A DNA stretch of 64,000 bases, from the IMG/VR virus record IMGVR_UViG_3300037455_000543, positions 251,136-315,135 of that record, one strand, 5' to 3'. Origin of the DNA: a virus (lineage: Duplodnaviria; Heunggongvirae; Uroviricota; Caudoviricetes). Position 1 is the first letter of the stretch, and the number at the start of each line of letters is the position of its first letter. The notes beneath the pieces are model-generated. The model was not told the DNA's origin and did no database searches. It saw nothing but the letters and a program-made list of their open reading frames with translations. Shown piece after piece: positions 38,750 through 49,447 of this stretch. The translations under genes and the position numbers were made by a program.

Positions 38750-38861
38750 TGTTTAATCTCCTTTGTTTTACATCTATAATATAGTTAAATTCTGAATATC
38801 TGTAAATAAGAAATGACCGGAATATTTCATCCGGTCATCTCGTAGGAGGTTAACATGAAAC

Positions 38862-39674
38862 TTATTTAATCATATCCAGGAACTGTTCAACCGTAATCAT
38901 TTCCGTTCCCTGTTTACGGGCTTTGTTTGCCTTACCCGATGTAGAGTTCAGGTCTTGCATAACTAAGTAAGTCAATCCCTTCTTCACGTCGTCGAAGTTT
39001 TCACCGCCGTTTTCTTTAACCATTTTCTGTAAATCACTTCTCTTGTATTCCATTGCTCCAGTGAAACAGAAACTCTTTCCGGTCAATTTACCTTCAACCT
39101 TTTCTTCTTCGGTGATTTCGACATACTTCAACGTTTCCCGCATGTCTTCAATATTCTTGACAATACCTGAATGAAGTTTTTCCGAAAGGATTTCACCAAT
39201 ACCGTCACAGACGAACCGATAAGGGTTTTCACCGACGAAACCTTCGAGGTTTTCAATCTTCTTGGCAGAAATAATCTTGACAATTTGTTTTTCACCGATA
39301 CCGGAAATATTATAACCAGCAATCAACTTTGCAAGAGTCATTTTCTTATGAGAATTGATTTCCTTCTTAATGTTTTCCCAGTTCTTACCGAGAATCGGAC
39401 TTAACACAGTATCACCCTTCTCCTGATCTTTATAGAGTCCAGATACCGTCATGAACAATCCGTTGTCCTGAATGGTCTGAATAGTCGTAAGACCGAGTTC
39501 CTTAATCTTCTGAACGTCCGTCCACTTCAGGATAGTTCCACTAAGCTTGGAAGGACAACAGTTATTCGTACAGAAGATACGGGTATGGTTTTCATTGATG
39601 TCAAGTTCTGAACCACAAGCAGGACAGACAGTAGGAAGATTCCAGTTATGAAGTTTGATAATGTTCTCAATCAT
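38862..39674 (-). CDS. ligA: NAD-dependent DNA ligase, C-terminal part (Zn finger, HhH, BRCT)
   Basis: PTVCPACGS...CTN..CP; GIG HhH motifs; LTGKSFCFTG...R...V...GG...GKANKARKQG. Confidence 0.9.
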   Translation of the reverse strand: MIENIIKLHNWNLPTVCPACGSELDINENHTRIFCTNNCCPSKLSGTILKWTDVQKIKELGLTTIQTIQDNGLFMTVSGLYKDQEKGDTVLSPILGKNWENIKKEINSHKKMTLAKLIAGYNISGIGEKQIVKIISAKKIENLEGFVGENPYRFVCDGIGEILSEKLHSGIVKNIEDMRETLKYVEITEEEKVEGKLTGKSFCFTGAMEYKRSDLQKMVKENGGENFDDVKKGLTYLVMQDLNSTSGKANKARKQGTEMITVEQFLDMIK

Positions 39675-39712
39675 GTTTATAATATAGTAAATTCTGGGTT
39701 TTTTGTAAATGG

Positions 39713-40186
39713 TTATTGTATGATTTCTACTTTGACGCTATCCGATCCATACGCAGTCATTAATGAATCGATATCAAGTTTATGGTTTGATTCAATCTCG
39801 ATGACTTCAAGAGTATCATATTGCGGAACTTCTTCGATGATTTCCTCGATGACTTCTACAGTATCGTACACCGGTTCAATCGGTTTGAATGTTTCCGTAA
39901 CCATGATCGTGTCGTAATCCGATACCTCAACCGTGTCATCCTCATTGATTTCGGGTTCAGTAATTGGATCATTCACGACTTCTTCTACAACTACGGATTC
40001 AACCTGTTGAACAACCTGTGGTTTAGATTCATCGTCAAGAATTGTTCCTGTCATAATCAATACGACGATTATTGCAGAAACCAACATCATTCCGCATCCT
40101 TCGGGAGCTCCATAGTCAGAGAAGACCTTACCCATACCCAATAGGAATACGACGATACAGCAAACAATAATTATTCCTGCAATCAT
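39713..40186 (-). CDS. Membrane protein with acidic tail
   Basis: Two TM segments; YDT(V/I/L)EV repeats. Confidence 0.65.
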   Translation of the reverse strand: MIAGIIIVCCIVVFLLGMGKVFSDYGAPEGCGMMLVSAIIVVLIMTGTILDDESKPQVVQQVESVVVEEVVNDPITEPEINEDDTVEVSDYDTIMVTETFKPIEPVYDTVEVIEEIIEEVPQYDTLEVIEIESNHKLDIDSLMTAYGSDSVKVEIIQ

Positions 40187-40344
40187 TCTTCTTCCCTGAT
40201 GATGTTGATGGATTCGAGAGTTTCACCGAACATGTCGTAGAGTTTGCTTAATAGTTCTTTCTTATTTTCCGCATGCAACTGTGTGGTATGTGCGAACTTA
40301 GCACCCTTGGTGACTTCGATAACGACTACGATGTAATCTTTCAT
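40183..40344 (-). CDS. Small hypothetical protein (53 aa)
   Basis: MKDYIVVVIEV...; GAGG SD; ATGA coupling. Confidence 0.55.
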   Translation of the reverse strand: MKDYIVVVIEVTKGAKFAHTTQLHAENKKELLSKLYDMFGETLESINIIREEE

Positions 40345-40432
40345 TGTTTAACCTCTTGTTTATACTATTAATATAGATCTTTTTATCGATGTTGTAAATG
40401 GCCTCGATTGTAAAACCTAATTAACAGTCTCC

Positions 40433-41545
40433 TTATTCGAATACGTAGCCTTCACGAGACTTACCCGAAGTCAAATCCTTAAGAATTCCAGGAATGATTT
40501 CACCGCACTTCGTGATAAGAACCTTGTGTCCAATCTCGATACCCATGTCTTCCATCATGGAAACGTTCACCAGGTTTGCTCTCTGGACAGTCGTACCACA
40601 GAGGTCAACGGGTTCGGTAATCGCAACGGGAGTCAGAGTACCGTTCTTCAGAGACCATTCAATGTCAATGATAGTGGTTTCTGCCAACGTGTATTTCGGT
40701 TTCAGAGCGATGTTGAACTTCGGACGGTAATTGGTTTCGATATCTTCGTAGTCAATGTCCTGTGTCTTCCACACGAGACCGTCGATATCGTAATCACGTT
40801 CTTCCTTCCAGACTTCACCCATGAGTTCGACAGCTTTCTGCCCGTTCATACTCTTGAGGGAGTAAATCTTATACTTAGGAATCTGGAATCCCTGGTCCTT
40901 CAACCAGTCGAGCATGTCGGATTGGTTACGGAACTTATGTTTTCCCTGTTCACGGACATCATACGCTTTGATAGTAAGGTATTCACAACCGATACCGTCA
41001 AGTCTCTTCATCAGACCACTTGCCGCATTACGACAGTTCTTCTTGTCAGGTGCAGCAATCGCTTTCATCGAACGGTGGAGGAGAACTTCACCACGAATCA
41101 CACCAGTGAATTCTTCCTTCAACTTCTTCGGGTAATCCCTCATCTTCAGGACGTTCAAGGTAATCAAATCACCTTCGATACCGTCACCACGAGTGATACC
41201 GTTTTCGATAACACCGTTGTTGTATTCAAGTTCGATAGAACAACCGTCAAGTTTTTCAGTGGTCAACACGAACTCCGAACCATGTTCACGACACTTACCG
41301 AACCATTCGTCCATTTCTTCAGGAGTGTTCGCCTTGTTCTGAGAACCCATGATAATCTTGTGTTTGACCTTCACGAATCCGTCAACGTGGTCGGAACCGA
41401 CTTCATTCAACAGTTCAGAGTCAGGAAATTCATTCTTCAACTTATCCCAGAGCTGGTCGAATTCGACATCCGACATAATCGGTTTATCGTTGTAATAAGC
41501 ATTCTGGGCTTCTTTAATTTTCTGTTCGAGTTCATTCTTATTCAT
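40433..41545 (-). CDS. ligA: NAD-dependent DNA ligase, N-terminal part (adenylation and OB domains)
   Basis: AYYN..PIMSD.EFD, EKLDG, TRGDG, RGE, RNAASG, IDGLV, KCGEIIP. Confidence 0.92.
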   Translation of the reverse strand: MNKNELEQKIKEAQNAYYNDKPIMSDVEFDQLWDKLKNEFPDSELLNEVGSDHVDGFVKVKHKIIMGSQNKANTPEEMDEWFGKCREHGSEFVLTTEKLDGCSIELEYNNGVIENGITRGDGIEGDLITLNVLKMRDYPKKLKEEFTGVIRGEVLLHRSMKAIAAPDKKNCRNAASGLMKRLDGIGCEYLTIKAYDVREQGKHKFRNQSDMLDWLKDQGFQIPKYKIYSLKSMNGQKAVELMGEVWKEERDYDIDGLVWKTQDIDYEDIETNYRPKFNIALKPKYTLAETTIIDIEWSLKNGTLTPVAITEPVDLCGTTVQRANLVNVSMMEDMGIEIGHKVLITKCGEIIPGILKDLTSGKSREGYVFE

Positions 41546-41611
41546 GTCATATAATATAGAAAAAGGACCGACTTTTGTCAATCCTTTTTATAAGAAATTC
41601 AGAATGCCAGT

Positions 41612-44443
41612 CTAACAGAAGGAGGATGCAATTCTCAAGTATCTCTGGAAAGGTGTCTCCGGCTGTTTAGTTTCCAGCAGTGTGGCCATCTTTCTTCGAT
41701 CCATAGATTCAACCATTTCTTCAGGTGAAGTACTGTATTCGTTGTCGGTATTGAAGAATACGGTCTGGTTTCTCTTCATCACGGAAGCGATACCGTAACT
41801 GTTGAACGGAAGGTTCATCTTCAGAGGACCAGATAATACTACCCTACCTTCATCGTCATAAACCGTAGACGTGTTACCGTTCTTTACCAAGACATAATCG
41901 TTACCGAATGTGTTTACGATTTTACCTGGAATATTCTTTACCTTATTGGTCTTAACCCACCATTTATATTCATTATTATCAGTCTTAATCGTCATGATGT
42001 TCGTACCGTCATCACGATTTTCAAACCCAGTGATTTTTTCACCATGTACATCATCCGGTTTAACAACAGCATTACCGTTTTCATCATAGATTGCTTCAGC
42101 GGTACAGATATAGGTTTTCTTCTTGCCGTCTATGTACACAGCTTTAGCGTCAAGAATCTTATTAGGAATTTCCTTAACACCTTTTGCTGAGATATACCAT
42201 GCCTTAACAAATTCCCCTTGCGGATTGGTTCTATTGACCTTGGCAAAACCTCTGTATTCATATACATAGTAAGAATCACGGTCAGATATGTCATTAAGAA
42301 GAACATTACCATTAGCATCGTATGCAAAAACACCAGTACCGTTTCTGTACCTTCCAGCCATTACAACATTCTTGTCTTCAATGTACGCATCCTTAATACC
42401 AAAGGTATATACGTTTCCACCGTTAGCTTCTATATCAGGAATGGTATCATTGGCAGTATGGACTTTACCATCCGGTGTTACCCATTTTTTGGATGAACCG
42501 ATGATATAAGGAGATTCGAGATTTATGTTTGGTAATACGACAGTTTCACGTGTGGACTTAACATAAGCAGTATGGGTATACCAGTTATATGCAAAATTCG
42601 CATTAACCCTTACGTCAGACATATCATTGGTGTATACTTCATTGAATCCGTCAATCTCATTTCGATTAACCTGCGAAACAGTACCTGTCTTTATGTCAAG
42701 CTTATAAATAACATCTCTGTTTCTGAAGTACGGGAAAGAACCTTTACCAAACGGCAATAACTTAGCGTTGACAAGCTTCTTGGTTATGTACTTGTTTAAC
42801 TTCATGTCATAAACAGAAGATTGGTCATCGCCCGTGATGATAACGAGATAACGGTATTCACCAGACTTATCTTTGTGGACACGAGCACTAGCAAATAATC
42901 CTCTGCTTATAGGAGTAGGAAGAATCGCTTTACCTACATGATAAAACTGTACAGTATGATTAGTCGTTGCATAGAAGAATTCAGGGCAGTTATTTCCTTC
43001 TTCATTATACAATGCTTCAATGTTATTCACCCATTGAGTAAACAGTAATCTCTTATTGATGATATAATTTCTTTTACCAGTATGTCTATCCTTGACAACG
43101 TGATGCGTGATATTATTATTCACATCCCATGGGTATATGTAATATACGCCACGAAGATCCTGGTAATTATCATCGTCGAGTCTCTTATAAAGCTTGCTGA
43201 CATCGAAGTTACAACCGTTGACGTTATTTGCTTGTTCCCCGCCTTCATGGAACTTGAACTTCTGGCAGAATTCATCCTTGGTACAACCTACAATGTCGCA
43301 GAACTTATCGATTCTAGCGTTACAGAAATTATCTGCGAAACCATCCTTATGAGCAACATCGTGATTCTCTTGACCGAAATGGTTATATCTACTACAGAAA
43401 CCAGCAACCATTTCATCTGTCGGTTGGGGATCGCTTGAAAGTCTTACACAGATTAAGCTTGTACCCCACTTATCGTATGGTTCTGTTGCTCTGTTACCGT
43501 CTCTGGTACGGTCAAGCTTTTCGAATCCTTCCTTGAATACATAGTATGCAATCTGGGATCTACCACCCATACCGTACATGTTCCAGTGTCTTGGGTCAGT
43601 ATATGTGATACACCATTGGGCGCCGTTGTGTACCTGATCCCATGGGCAGTTAGGATATGTCCACCAGCACCAGGTCTTAGACTGAGCATGGGTATTGATT
43701 CGTACTGCCCAATAACCTTTGTTACCGATACGGAACTTGCCGTCTGTATAAGGTACATGTCCACCCCAATCCGCGTTTGCAAAAGGATCTTCTTCTACTT
43801 CAACGTGTACTTCCTCTGGATTTTGCGCTGCGTTCCATGCATTAAGCCATTCTCTCTCTGCATCAGTAACTTCTTCCCCAGCATCTATCCTACCCTGAAT
43901 GTCAGCTGCCCTATTCGCATTCGCGTTTCTTGCGTCATCCAACATTCTGTTCTTGCCAACGAACTTATCGCCGTAACCGTTGAGGTATATGTCCATCGCT
44001 TCGTCGTAGAACGGCATTACCACGCTGCTAAGCTTATAGAAGTTCCAACCATTCATATTGGTTGACAACCACTGTACCTGTGGAAGTCCATCCCACATCT
44101 GCTTCTGACGATACATGGTGGCCGCGAAATAAACCTTCTTCAGCGAAGCTTTCATACGGGTATTCGCAGGTCTATCAGTACCGTCGTTACATTCGGTCTT
44201 AAGAATTCTTACCAATCCTTCAACGAGGTTCTTGGTCCAGGAAAGCTTGTGAAGTACATCGATAGGGTGACAGTACTCGCTAACCGCCTTGTCCAGGTAT
44301 TCTTCAGCATCCTGCTTCTTCTTCGCATCTGTTACCTCAGTGTCATTGAACATCGGGAAACATCTTTCGTAATTATCAATAAGGAACTGTATAGCCCTTT
44401 TTCTACTTGCAACATCAGCTGCTTCATTTAATATCATACTCAT
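41612..44443 (-). CDS. Large late protein, paralog 2 of 3
   Basis: Conserved N-domain and WCIT motif; late box at 44448-44455. Confidence 0.8.
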   Translation of the reverse strand: MSMILNEAADVASRKRAIQFLIDNYERCFPMFNDTEVTDAKKKQDAEEYLDKAVSEYCHPIDVLHKLSWTKNLVEGLVRILKTECNDGTDRPANTRMKASLKKVYFAATMYRQKQMWDGLPQVQWLSTNMNGWNFYKLSSVVMPFYDEAMDIYLNGYGDKFVGKNRMLDDARNANANRAADIQGRIDAGEEVTDAEREWLNAWNAAQNPEEVHVEVEEDPFANADWGGHVPYTDGKFRIGNKGYWAVRINTHAQSKTWCWWTYPNCPWDQVHNGAQWCITYTDPRHWNMYGMGGRSQIAYYVFKEGFEKLDRTRDGNRATEPYDKWGTSLICVRLSSDPQPTDEMVAGFCSRYNHFGQENHDVAHKDGFADNFCNARIDKFCDIVGCTKDEFCQKFKFHEGGEQANNVNGCNFDVSKLYKRLDDDNYQDLRGVYYIYPWDVNNNITHHVVKDRHTGKRNYIINKRLLFTQWVNNIEALYNEEGNNCPEFFYATTNHTVQFYHVGKAILPTPISRGLFASARVHKDKSGEYRYLVIITGDDQSSVYDMKLNKYITKKLVNAKLLPFGKGSFPYFRNRDVIYKLDIKTGTVSQVNRNEIDGFNEVYTNDMSDVRVNANFAYNWYTHTAYVKSTRETVVLPNINLESPYIIGSSKKWVTPDGKVHTANDTIPDIEANGGNVYTFGIKDAYIEDKNVVMAGRYRNGTGVFAYDANGNVLLNDISDRDSYYVYEYRGFAKVNRTNPQGEFVKAWYISAKGVKEIPNKILDAKAVYIDGKKKTYICTAEAIYDENGNAVVKPDDVHGEKITGFENRDDGTNIMTIKTDNNEYKWWVKTNKVKNIPGKIVNTFGNDYVLVKNGNTSTVYDDEGRVVLSGPLKMNLPFNSYGIASVMKRNQTVFFNTDNEYSTSPEEMVESMDRRKMATLLETKQPETPFQRYLRIASSFC

Positions 44444-44506
44444 ATACTATTTATAACGTTAAAGACTGCCCCTGTAAGGACAGTCTTCTATAAAATAATC
44501 AGAATT

Positions 44507-47332
44507 TTAGCAGAAATAAGCGGCTATATCTAACCAATCAAGCTTCTGTTTAACCTCTGTACCTTCAGTAAGGATCTTACCTATTCTTCTACGTTCCATG
44601 GATTCAACCAATTCATCCATCGTATCAGACATTTCGTTATCGATGTTGACGTACAACATACGGTTTCTTTTCTTGAAGCTTGCAACGCCGTCAGTACCGA
44701 AACCAGTAACGAACTTATAGACGTCATCGAATACGATTCTTCCCTCGTCATCTACCAATCTGGAGCGATCTGTAAGACGTTTACCAGGGAGGAAGATATA
44801 ACCGAATCCCATAGGAATATATGTTGACTCTGCAGATTCAAGTGGAATAACTTTCTTTATATTGACGTTGAGCATCCAGTATCTTCTGTTATAATCATTG
44901 TCCGTTATACCTATCCTGTACCAACCATATTTCGGATCAGCAACACTAACATTACGGACACTTCTTACCTGCGTTCCAAGGTCATAGATAATTTCCAGGT
45001 TCTTACCGTATATCTTACCGTCATTGGTAAAGAAGAAGAAATCATATCCATTATCGACATTTTCTAATATACTTGTATTTTCCAGAGACTTGGTCGTTAC
45101 TTCTCCATCGACGGTCACAGCAACGTAATATAAAGTCTCGTCATCAAGCTTTTTATGGGTCAATGTCAATGTACCATCCGGACTGGTATGAACTCTTTCC
45201 ATGACCGCATCAGTTTCATAGATCTTTTCACCATTGGTGTTGTAGAATCTGTACTTGTAACAGGTGTCGCCGTTTACACGAGTACGTTCATATGTTACAG
45301 TGATTCTCTTCTTACCGACAGTAGATACTTTCTCGACAGATTCATCTGAAGGAATACGGACTTCCTTACCATCAGCAGTTATATAATGCTTTCCATCGCC
45401 GAAGAATTCATTAGATAAGCTACTGTTTATGGCATATGTTCTAATATCATCTGAGAAATCAAACTTTTCACCTGTTTTCCTACAGTATGCATTAACTTCA
45501 TCATCAATAACAAAACTCTTATTTATTGCATATATAATATTATCCACATTAAAACCAAGCGGTACTGGAACAAGCTTGTGTGACTTACTGTCATAGTACT
45601 TATATTCGAATGCACCGGTTTCTTCGTTCTTTATATCCAAATACGGGAATTGTTTTTCTGTACCGTATTTAACTTCTCCAATGATAGGTGTAGGAGTAAT
45701 CCATCTACGAGTTTTAAGGTTATAGAAAGAATATTTATCGTCGTTAGAAAGACATAGAATATGATTTGGATTGACATGGTACGAATAATTTTGAGGTATC
45801 GGATCAGAAAGCAGCTGATGACCGTCTATATCAAAGAACTGCCTTTTACCATTCTTTATACCTTGGATCCACATGAAATTATTCTTATTTTCCCAAGATA
45901 AGTCTTGACACCATGGGATTATGAATCTACCATCCTTGAATATACTGCTTACTCTATTGGATCTATCATATACCTTATAAAACTTACCATATTCACTAAT
46001 TGATATCGCGCTAAAGTTGAACTTACGGTTATCAACAAACTCACCTTTAACGATCTTCTTCATTACGTCAGCAATATCTATATCGTCATCGTTTTTGAAC
46101 GGGAACAACTCAAAGAACTGATCCTTCGTAATTCCCAGTACAGTACAGAGAGCATCAACCCTTTTGCGTAAGAAGCTATCACCGTATTGAGGACCGTCAC
46201 CCCATTCTCTAGCAGTACCTGGACCGTAATGGTTATACCTGGAAGTTAAGTTTCTTACGAAGTCATTGTCCGGTTTCGTATCTTCGTCGACCATGAGACA
46301 CATCAAACTCCTACCCCATTCATCATTCGGCGCGGAAGCACTTGTCATAGGTCTGGTGAGATTCTGGAATCCTTCCTTGAATATGAAGTATGCAATACAG
46401 CGTGTACCAATACCGTAACCGCCGAAATGAGTACCTGGACCACAGATACACCATCTAGCGCCGATCTGACCAGCAAACGGACAATCCGGCCAACCCCAGT
46501 AGTACCAAGTACTTGCTTGGCTTTTCTGCGTAATCTTTACCGCATAATAACCGTCATTACCAACCTTGAAGATATTTCCCATAAACGGTTTATGTCCATC
46601 CCAGTTGGTTTGTGTCCACGGGTTTTCTTCTACCTGATCATTCTCTTCTTCGACTTCTGCTGCCTGATCCACAGCTCTTGCTGCTTCACGTTCAGCTCTA
46701 GCTCGCATTACGTTCATGAAGTTCTGCTCTTCTGCAGTCAGTTCTTCACCTCTGGCAATTTTTGCTTCAAGTTCTTCCTTTCTGGCAGCATCTGCTGCTT
46801 CCTTCTCGCGACGACGCTGGATTGCTCCTTCTCTGAAAGCTTCCTTGCCAGGCCATACATCTCCGTAACCTTCGTTATAAATCCTTACGAATTCATCGTA
46901 ATGCGGCATCACGACACTGCTGAGCTTGTAGAAACTCCAACCATTCATGTCCTTTGACATGATATCTTCCTTGCGAACCCCATCCCAGACTTGTTTCTGT
47001 CTGTACATCATTGCGGCGAAATACAGCTTGTGCATCTGACCGATCATTCTTTCGTTTGCAGGTCTTGCAGATTCGTCATTACATTCTGTCTTGAGGATTC
47101 TGACACATCCCTGTAACAAAGCTTTTGTCCAGTTACAAGCACGTTCGATATTCCATGGTTCAGCGTACGTGAGTTCAATGTTCTCCTCGTATTGCCTTGC
47201 CTTGACATCTTTTTCTATTGGAGATAGTTTCTGGTCTTCTAACGGGAAACATCTATTGAAATTAGCCTTGAGGAAGTTGATTGCTCCTTTACGGCTCTCA
47301 TTATCGATTGATTCAAGTAATAATTTATTCAT
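44507..47332 (-). CDS. Large late protein, paralog 3 of 3
   Basis: MNKLLLESIDNESRK nearly identical to 15655; late box at 47337-47344. Confidence 0.8.
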   Translation of the reverse strand: MNKLLLESIDNESRKGAINFLKANFNRCFPLEDQKLSPIEKDVKARQYEENIELTYAEPWNIERACNWTKALLQGCVRILKTECNDESARPANERMIGQMHKLYFAAMMYRQKQVWDGVRKEDIMSKDMNGWSFYKLSSVVMPHYDEFVRIYNEGYGDVWPGKEAFREGAIQRRREKEAADAARKEELEAKIARGEELTAEEQNFMNVMRARAEREAARAVDQAAEVEEENDQVEENPWTQTNWDGHKPFMGNIFKVGNDGYYAVKITQKSQASTWYYWGWPDCPFAGQIGARWCICGPGTHFGGYGIGTRCIAYFIFKEGFQNLTRPMTSASAPNDEWGRSLMCLMVDEDTKPDNDFVRNLTSRYNHYGPGTAREWGDGPQYGDSFLRKRVDALCTVLGITKDQFFELFPFKNDDDIDIADVMKKIVKGEFVDNRKFNFSAISISEYGKFYKVYDRSNRVSSIFKDGRFIIPWCQDLSWENKNNFMWIQGIKNGKRQFFDIDGHQLLSDPIPQNYSYHVNPNHILCLSNDDKYSFYNLKTRRWITPTPIIGEVKYGTEKQFPYLDIKNEETGAFEYKYYDSKSHKLVPVPLGFNVDNIIYAINKSFVIDDEVNAYCRKTGEKFDFSDDIRTYAINSSLSNEFFGDGKHYITADGKEVRIPSDESVEKVSTVGKKRITVTYERTRVNGDTCYKYRFYNTNGEKIYETDAVMERVHTSPDGTLTLTHKKLDDETLYYVAVTVDGEVTTKSLENTSILENVDNGYDFFFFTNDGKIYGKNLEIIYDLGTQVRSVRNVSVADPKYGWYRIGITDNDYNRRYWMLNVNIKKVIPLESAESTYIPMGFGYIFLPGKRLTDRSRLVDDEGRIVFDDVYKFVTGFGTDGVASFKKRNRMLYVNIDNEMSDTMDELVESMERRRIGKILTEGTEVKQKLDWLDIAAYFC

Positions 47333-47396
47333 ACAATATTTATAACGAAAAAGACTGCCTCATAAGAGACAGTCTTCAGCAGAATAGGAAATTCTG

Positions 47397-47654
47397 TTAA
47401 TTTTCTTTCTTTTTCCTGATAATTGTATAACGTCTTACCTGTATCTTACGTTGGGATTCGGTGAGACGATATTCCCGACAGGAAGGATTCGTGCAACGGT
47501 GTGTGTAGTAATAACCGCTTCCATAATATACTTCTGTCGGTTCACGTGGCATAATCACTTCATCTGTCACTTTCGTAGTGTCTGATGCCTTCTGGAAGTT
47601 ACCAGCGAAGGCCAAACCAGTCAGGATAAGGGAAATAAGGATTATCTTCTTCAT
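47397..47654 (-). CDS. Secreted small protein
   Basis: MKKIILISLILTGLAFA signal peptide. Confidence 0.6.
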   Translation of the reverse strand: MKKIILISLILTGLAFAGNFQKASDTTKVTDEVIMPREPTEVYYGSGYYYTHRCTNPSCREYRLTESQRKIQVRRYTIIRKKKEN

Positions 47655-47664
47655 TGTAACTCCT

Positions 47665-47904
47665 TTAGGTTTCAGGTTCATAGAACTTCGGGGTTTTACC
47701 AGAGATTCCGACTACATCGAAACGTTCTGCAAGGTCGGGATTGTTTTCGAGGAATTCACGTGCATCCTTAATATGATGGAATGCAAGGGATTCATCGGGG
47801 TCATCCGTTACCTTCACATTACCGACTCCAGCATCGATTCGTTCCTGGAAGTAGTAGTATTTGTAACCGTTCGTTCTCTTGGATTCAAGTGCGTAGTAAA
47901 TCAT
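47665..47904 (-). CDS. Hypothetical early protein
   Basis: Promoter module and SD. Confidence 0.65.
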   Translation of the reverse strand: MIYYALESKRTNGYKYYYFQERIDAGVGNVKVTDDPDESLAFHHIKDAREFLENNPDLAERFDVVGISGKTPKFYEPET

Positions 47905-47985
47905 TTTAACCTCTTGCTTATGTCTATAATATAGAAAAAGGACTGACTTCTGTCAATCCTTCTCTAGGAGATTTATGGTAACAGT

Positions 47986-48474
47986 CTACTTCAGAAGCTT
48001 GATGAGCTGGAGGAGAGCGCCGGTCTTCTTCTTGTTGAGTTCAAAACCGAGGTCCTTGGCAAAGGATTCAACCTTGTCAAAGATTTCGTCGAAGTTCGGG
48101 TCAATGAACGGACGAGTCTGCTGTTCCTTCACATGGTCAGTTTCACCAAGGACAATCTTCTTGATTTCGTGACCAATCTTGAACATTGCTTCACGGTGTT
48201 CATGGACCTTCTTCAGAATCTGCTTACGTTCTTCGATTTCGTGACGGAGAGACATCTTCTTGGATTCGAACGTGTTCATGAGCTGTTCCAGCTTCAGAGT
48301 GCTCTTACCGTCGACACGGAAAGCGACAGATGCCTTCTTATGCTTCTTGTTGAGTTCACGCTTGAGATGCTTCCAGCAACGCTTGTGGTCGTGGTAACGT
48401 TCAATCAGGTTGTCCAGGATGGTGATTTCGGACTGCGTGAGAGTGGTTTGGATATCGATGAGCTTCTTCTTCAT
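47986..48474 (-). CDS. Basic coiled-coil hypothetical protein
   Basis: Promoter module and SD. Confidence 0.7.
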   Translation of the reverse strand: MKKKLIDIQTTLTQSEITILDNLIERYHDHKRCWKHLKRELNKKHKKASVAFRVDGKSTLKLEQLMNTFESKKMSLRHEIEERKQILKKVHEHREAMFKIGHEIKKIVLGETDHVKEQQTRPFIDPNFDEIFDKVESFAKDLGFELNKKKTGALLQLIKLLK

Positions 48475-48544
48475 AAGTTTTTAACCTCTTGTTTTTTGAT
48501 GATTATAATATAGTTAAATGTTTGGGTTTTGTAAACGGGCAAGA

Positions 48545-49153
48545 TTAGATATGATACTTTAAGCCAACCTTTACCTGGAATCTGGTTTTCTTTCCTTCGG
48601 GAATTACGAATTGCGAGTTCAGAGAAGTATAGACAGACATGTGGTAATCAGTCCTTAAACCAGCTTCCAACGTATAGTTCATATCCTCAATCTTATACGG
48701 TAATTTTTCTACGGTGACATCTTCTTCATCGGTCGATACATAAGTTTCTTCGTGGAAAGTATTGAGTTCAACAATCGCCATATAACTCAGGTAGAACATC
48801 TCACCCATGTATACGATACCACCGAGACTTCCTGTCCATATACCATATTCGTCAACTACCGTTCCTTCCTTATTGTCATCGAGGTAACAGTCATACATGA
48901 GGTTTGTCTTACCGTTGACACCGAAAGCGAAGTTGTTATTCACCACATACAGTGCTTCTGCTCCGACACCAGCACTCCCTGCAAACCCGTTCCAGTGTTT
49001 TCCGATACCGCCATGAAGTGTGACATCGAAGTCAACAAAGGGCGAAATCTCAATCTTTTTCATGTCCGCACCGAATGAAATGTGTGCAAGACACAATACC
49101 GCCAGAATGATAGCGATACAGATAGAAGGACCAGGTGAAGTTTGATATTTCAT
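48545..49153 (-). CDS. Putative outer-membrane beta-barrel protein
   Basis: Signal peptide, alternating amphipathic strands, terminal strand FQVKVGLKYHI. Confidence 0.6.
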   Translation of the reverse strand: MKYQTSPGPSICIAIILAVLCLAHISFGADMKKIEISPFVDFDVTLHGGIGKHWNGFAGSAGVGAEALYVVNNNFAFGVNGKTNLMYDCYLDDNKEGTVVDEYGIWTGSLGGIVYMGEMFYLSYMAIVELNTFHEETYVSTDEEDVTVEKLPYKIEDMNYTLEAGLRTDYHMSVYTSLNSQFVIPEGKKTRFQVKVGLKYHI

Positions 49154-49447
49154 AATTTCCTCTTGTTGGTTATAATATAGCAAATTCCGTAGATTCTGTC
49201 AATCCATATTTTTAGAATAAAACGATTTAGTTATCACCCTTGGTCTTGGTTTCCTCGGAACGCGGAGTAGTCGCAATCACGACACCGCAACCAATCAGAA
49301 TCAAACTACCGAATACTGCTACCATATAACCTCCATTGTTATACCTATAATATAGATAATTCTGAACTTTTTGTAAAGAAAAAAGACTGGAATATTTTAT
49401 CCAGTCAACGAAGATAACAATGGACAAAAGGAAAAATAGTCAGTCGG

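Noticed and set aside
39675-40432. Self-splicing intron or intein splitting the ligase
   Set aside because: The interval holds ordinary promoter-led ORFs, no endonuclease or intron core was recognised, and each half has its own start and stop.
40526-41554. 342-aa + strand ORF
   Set aside because: Antisense to the ligase gene, with no RBS or motifs; explained by codon bias.
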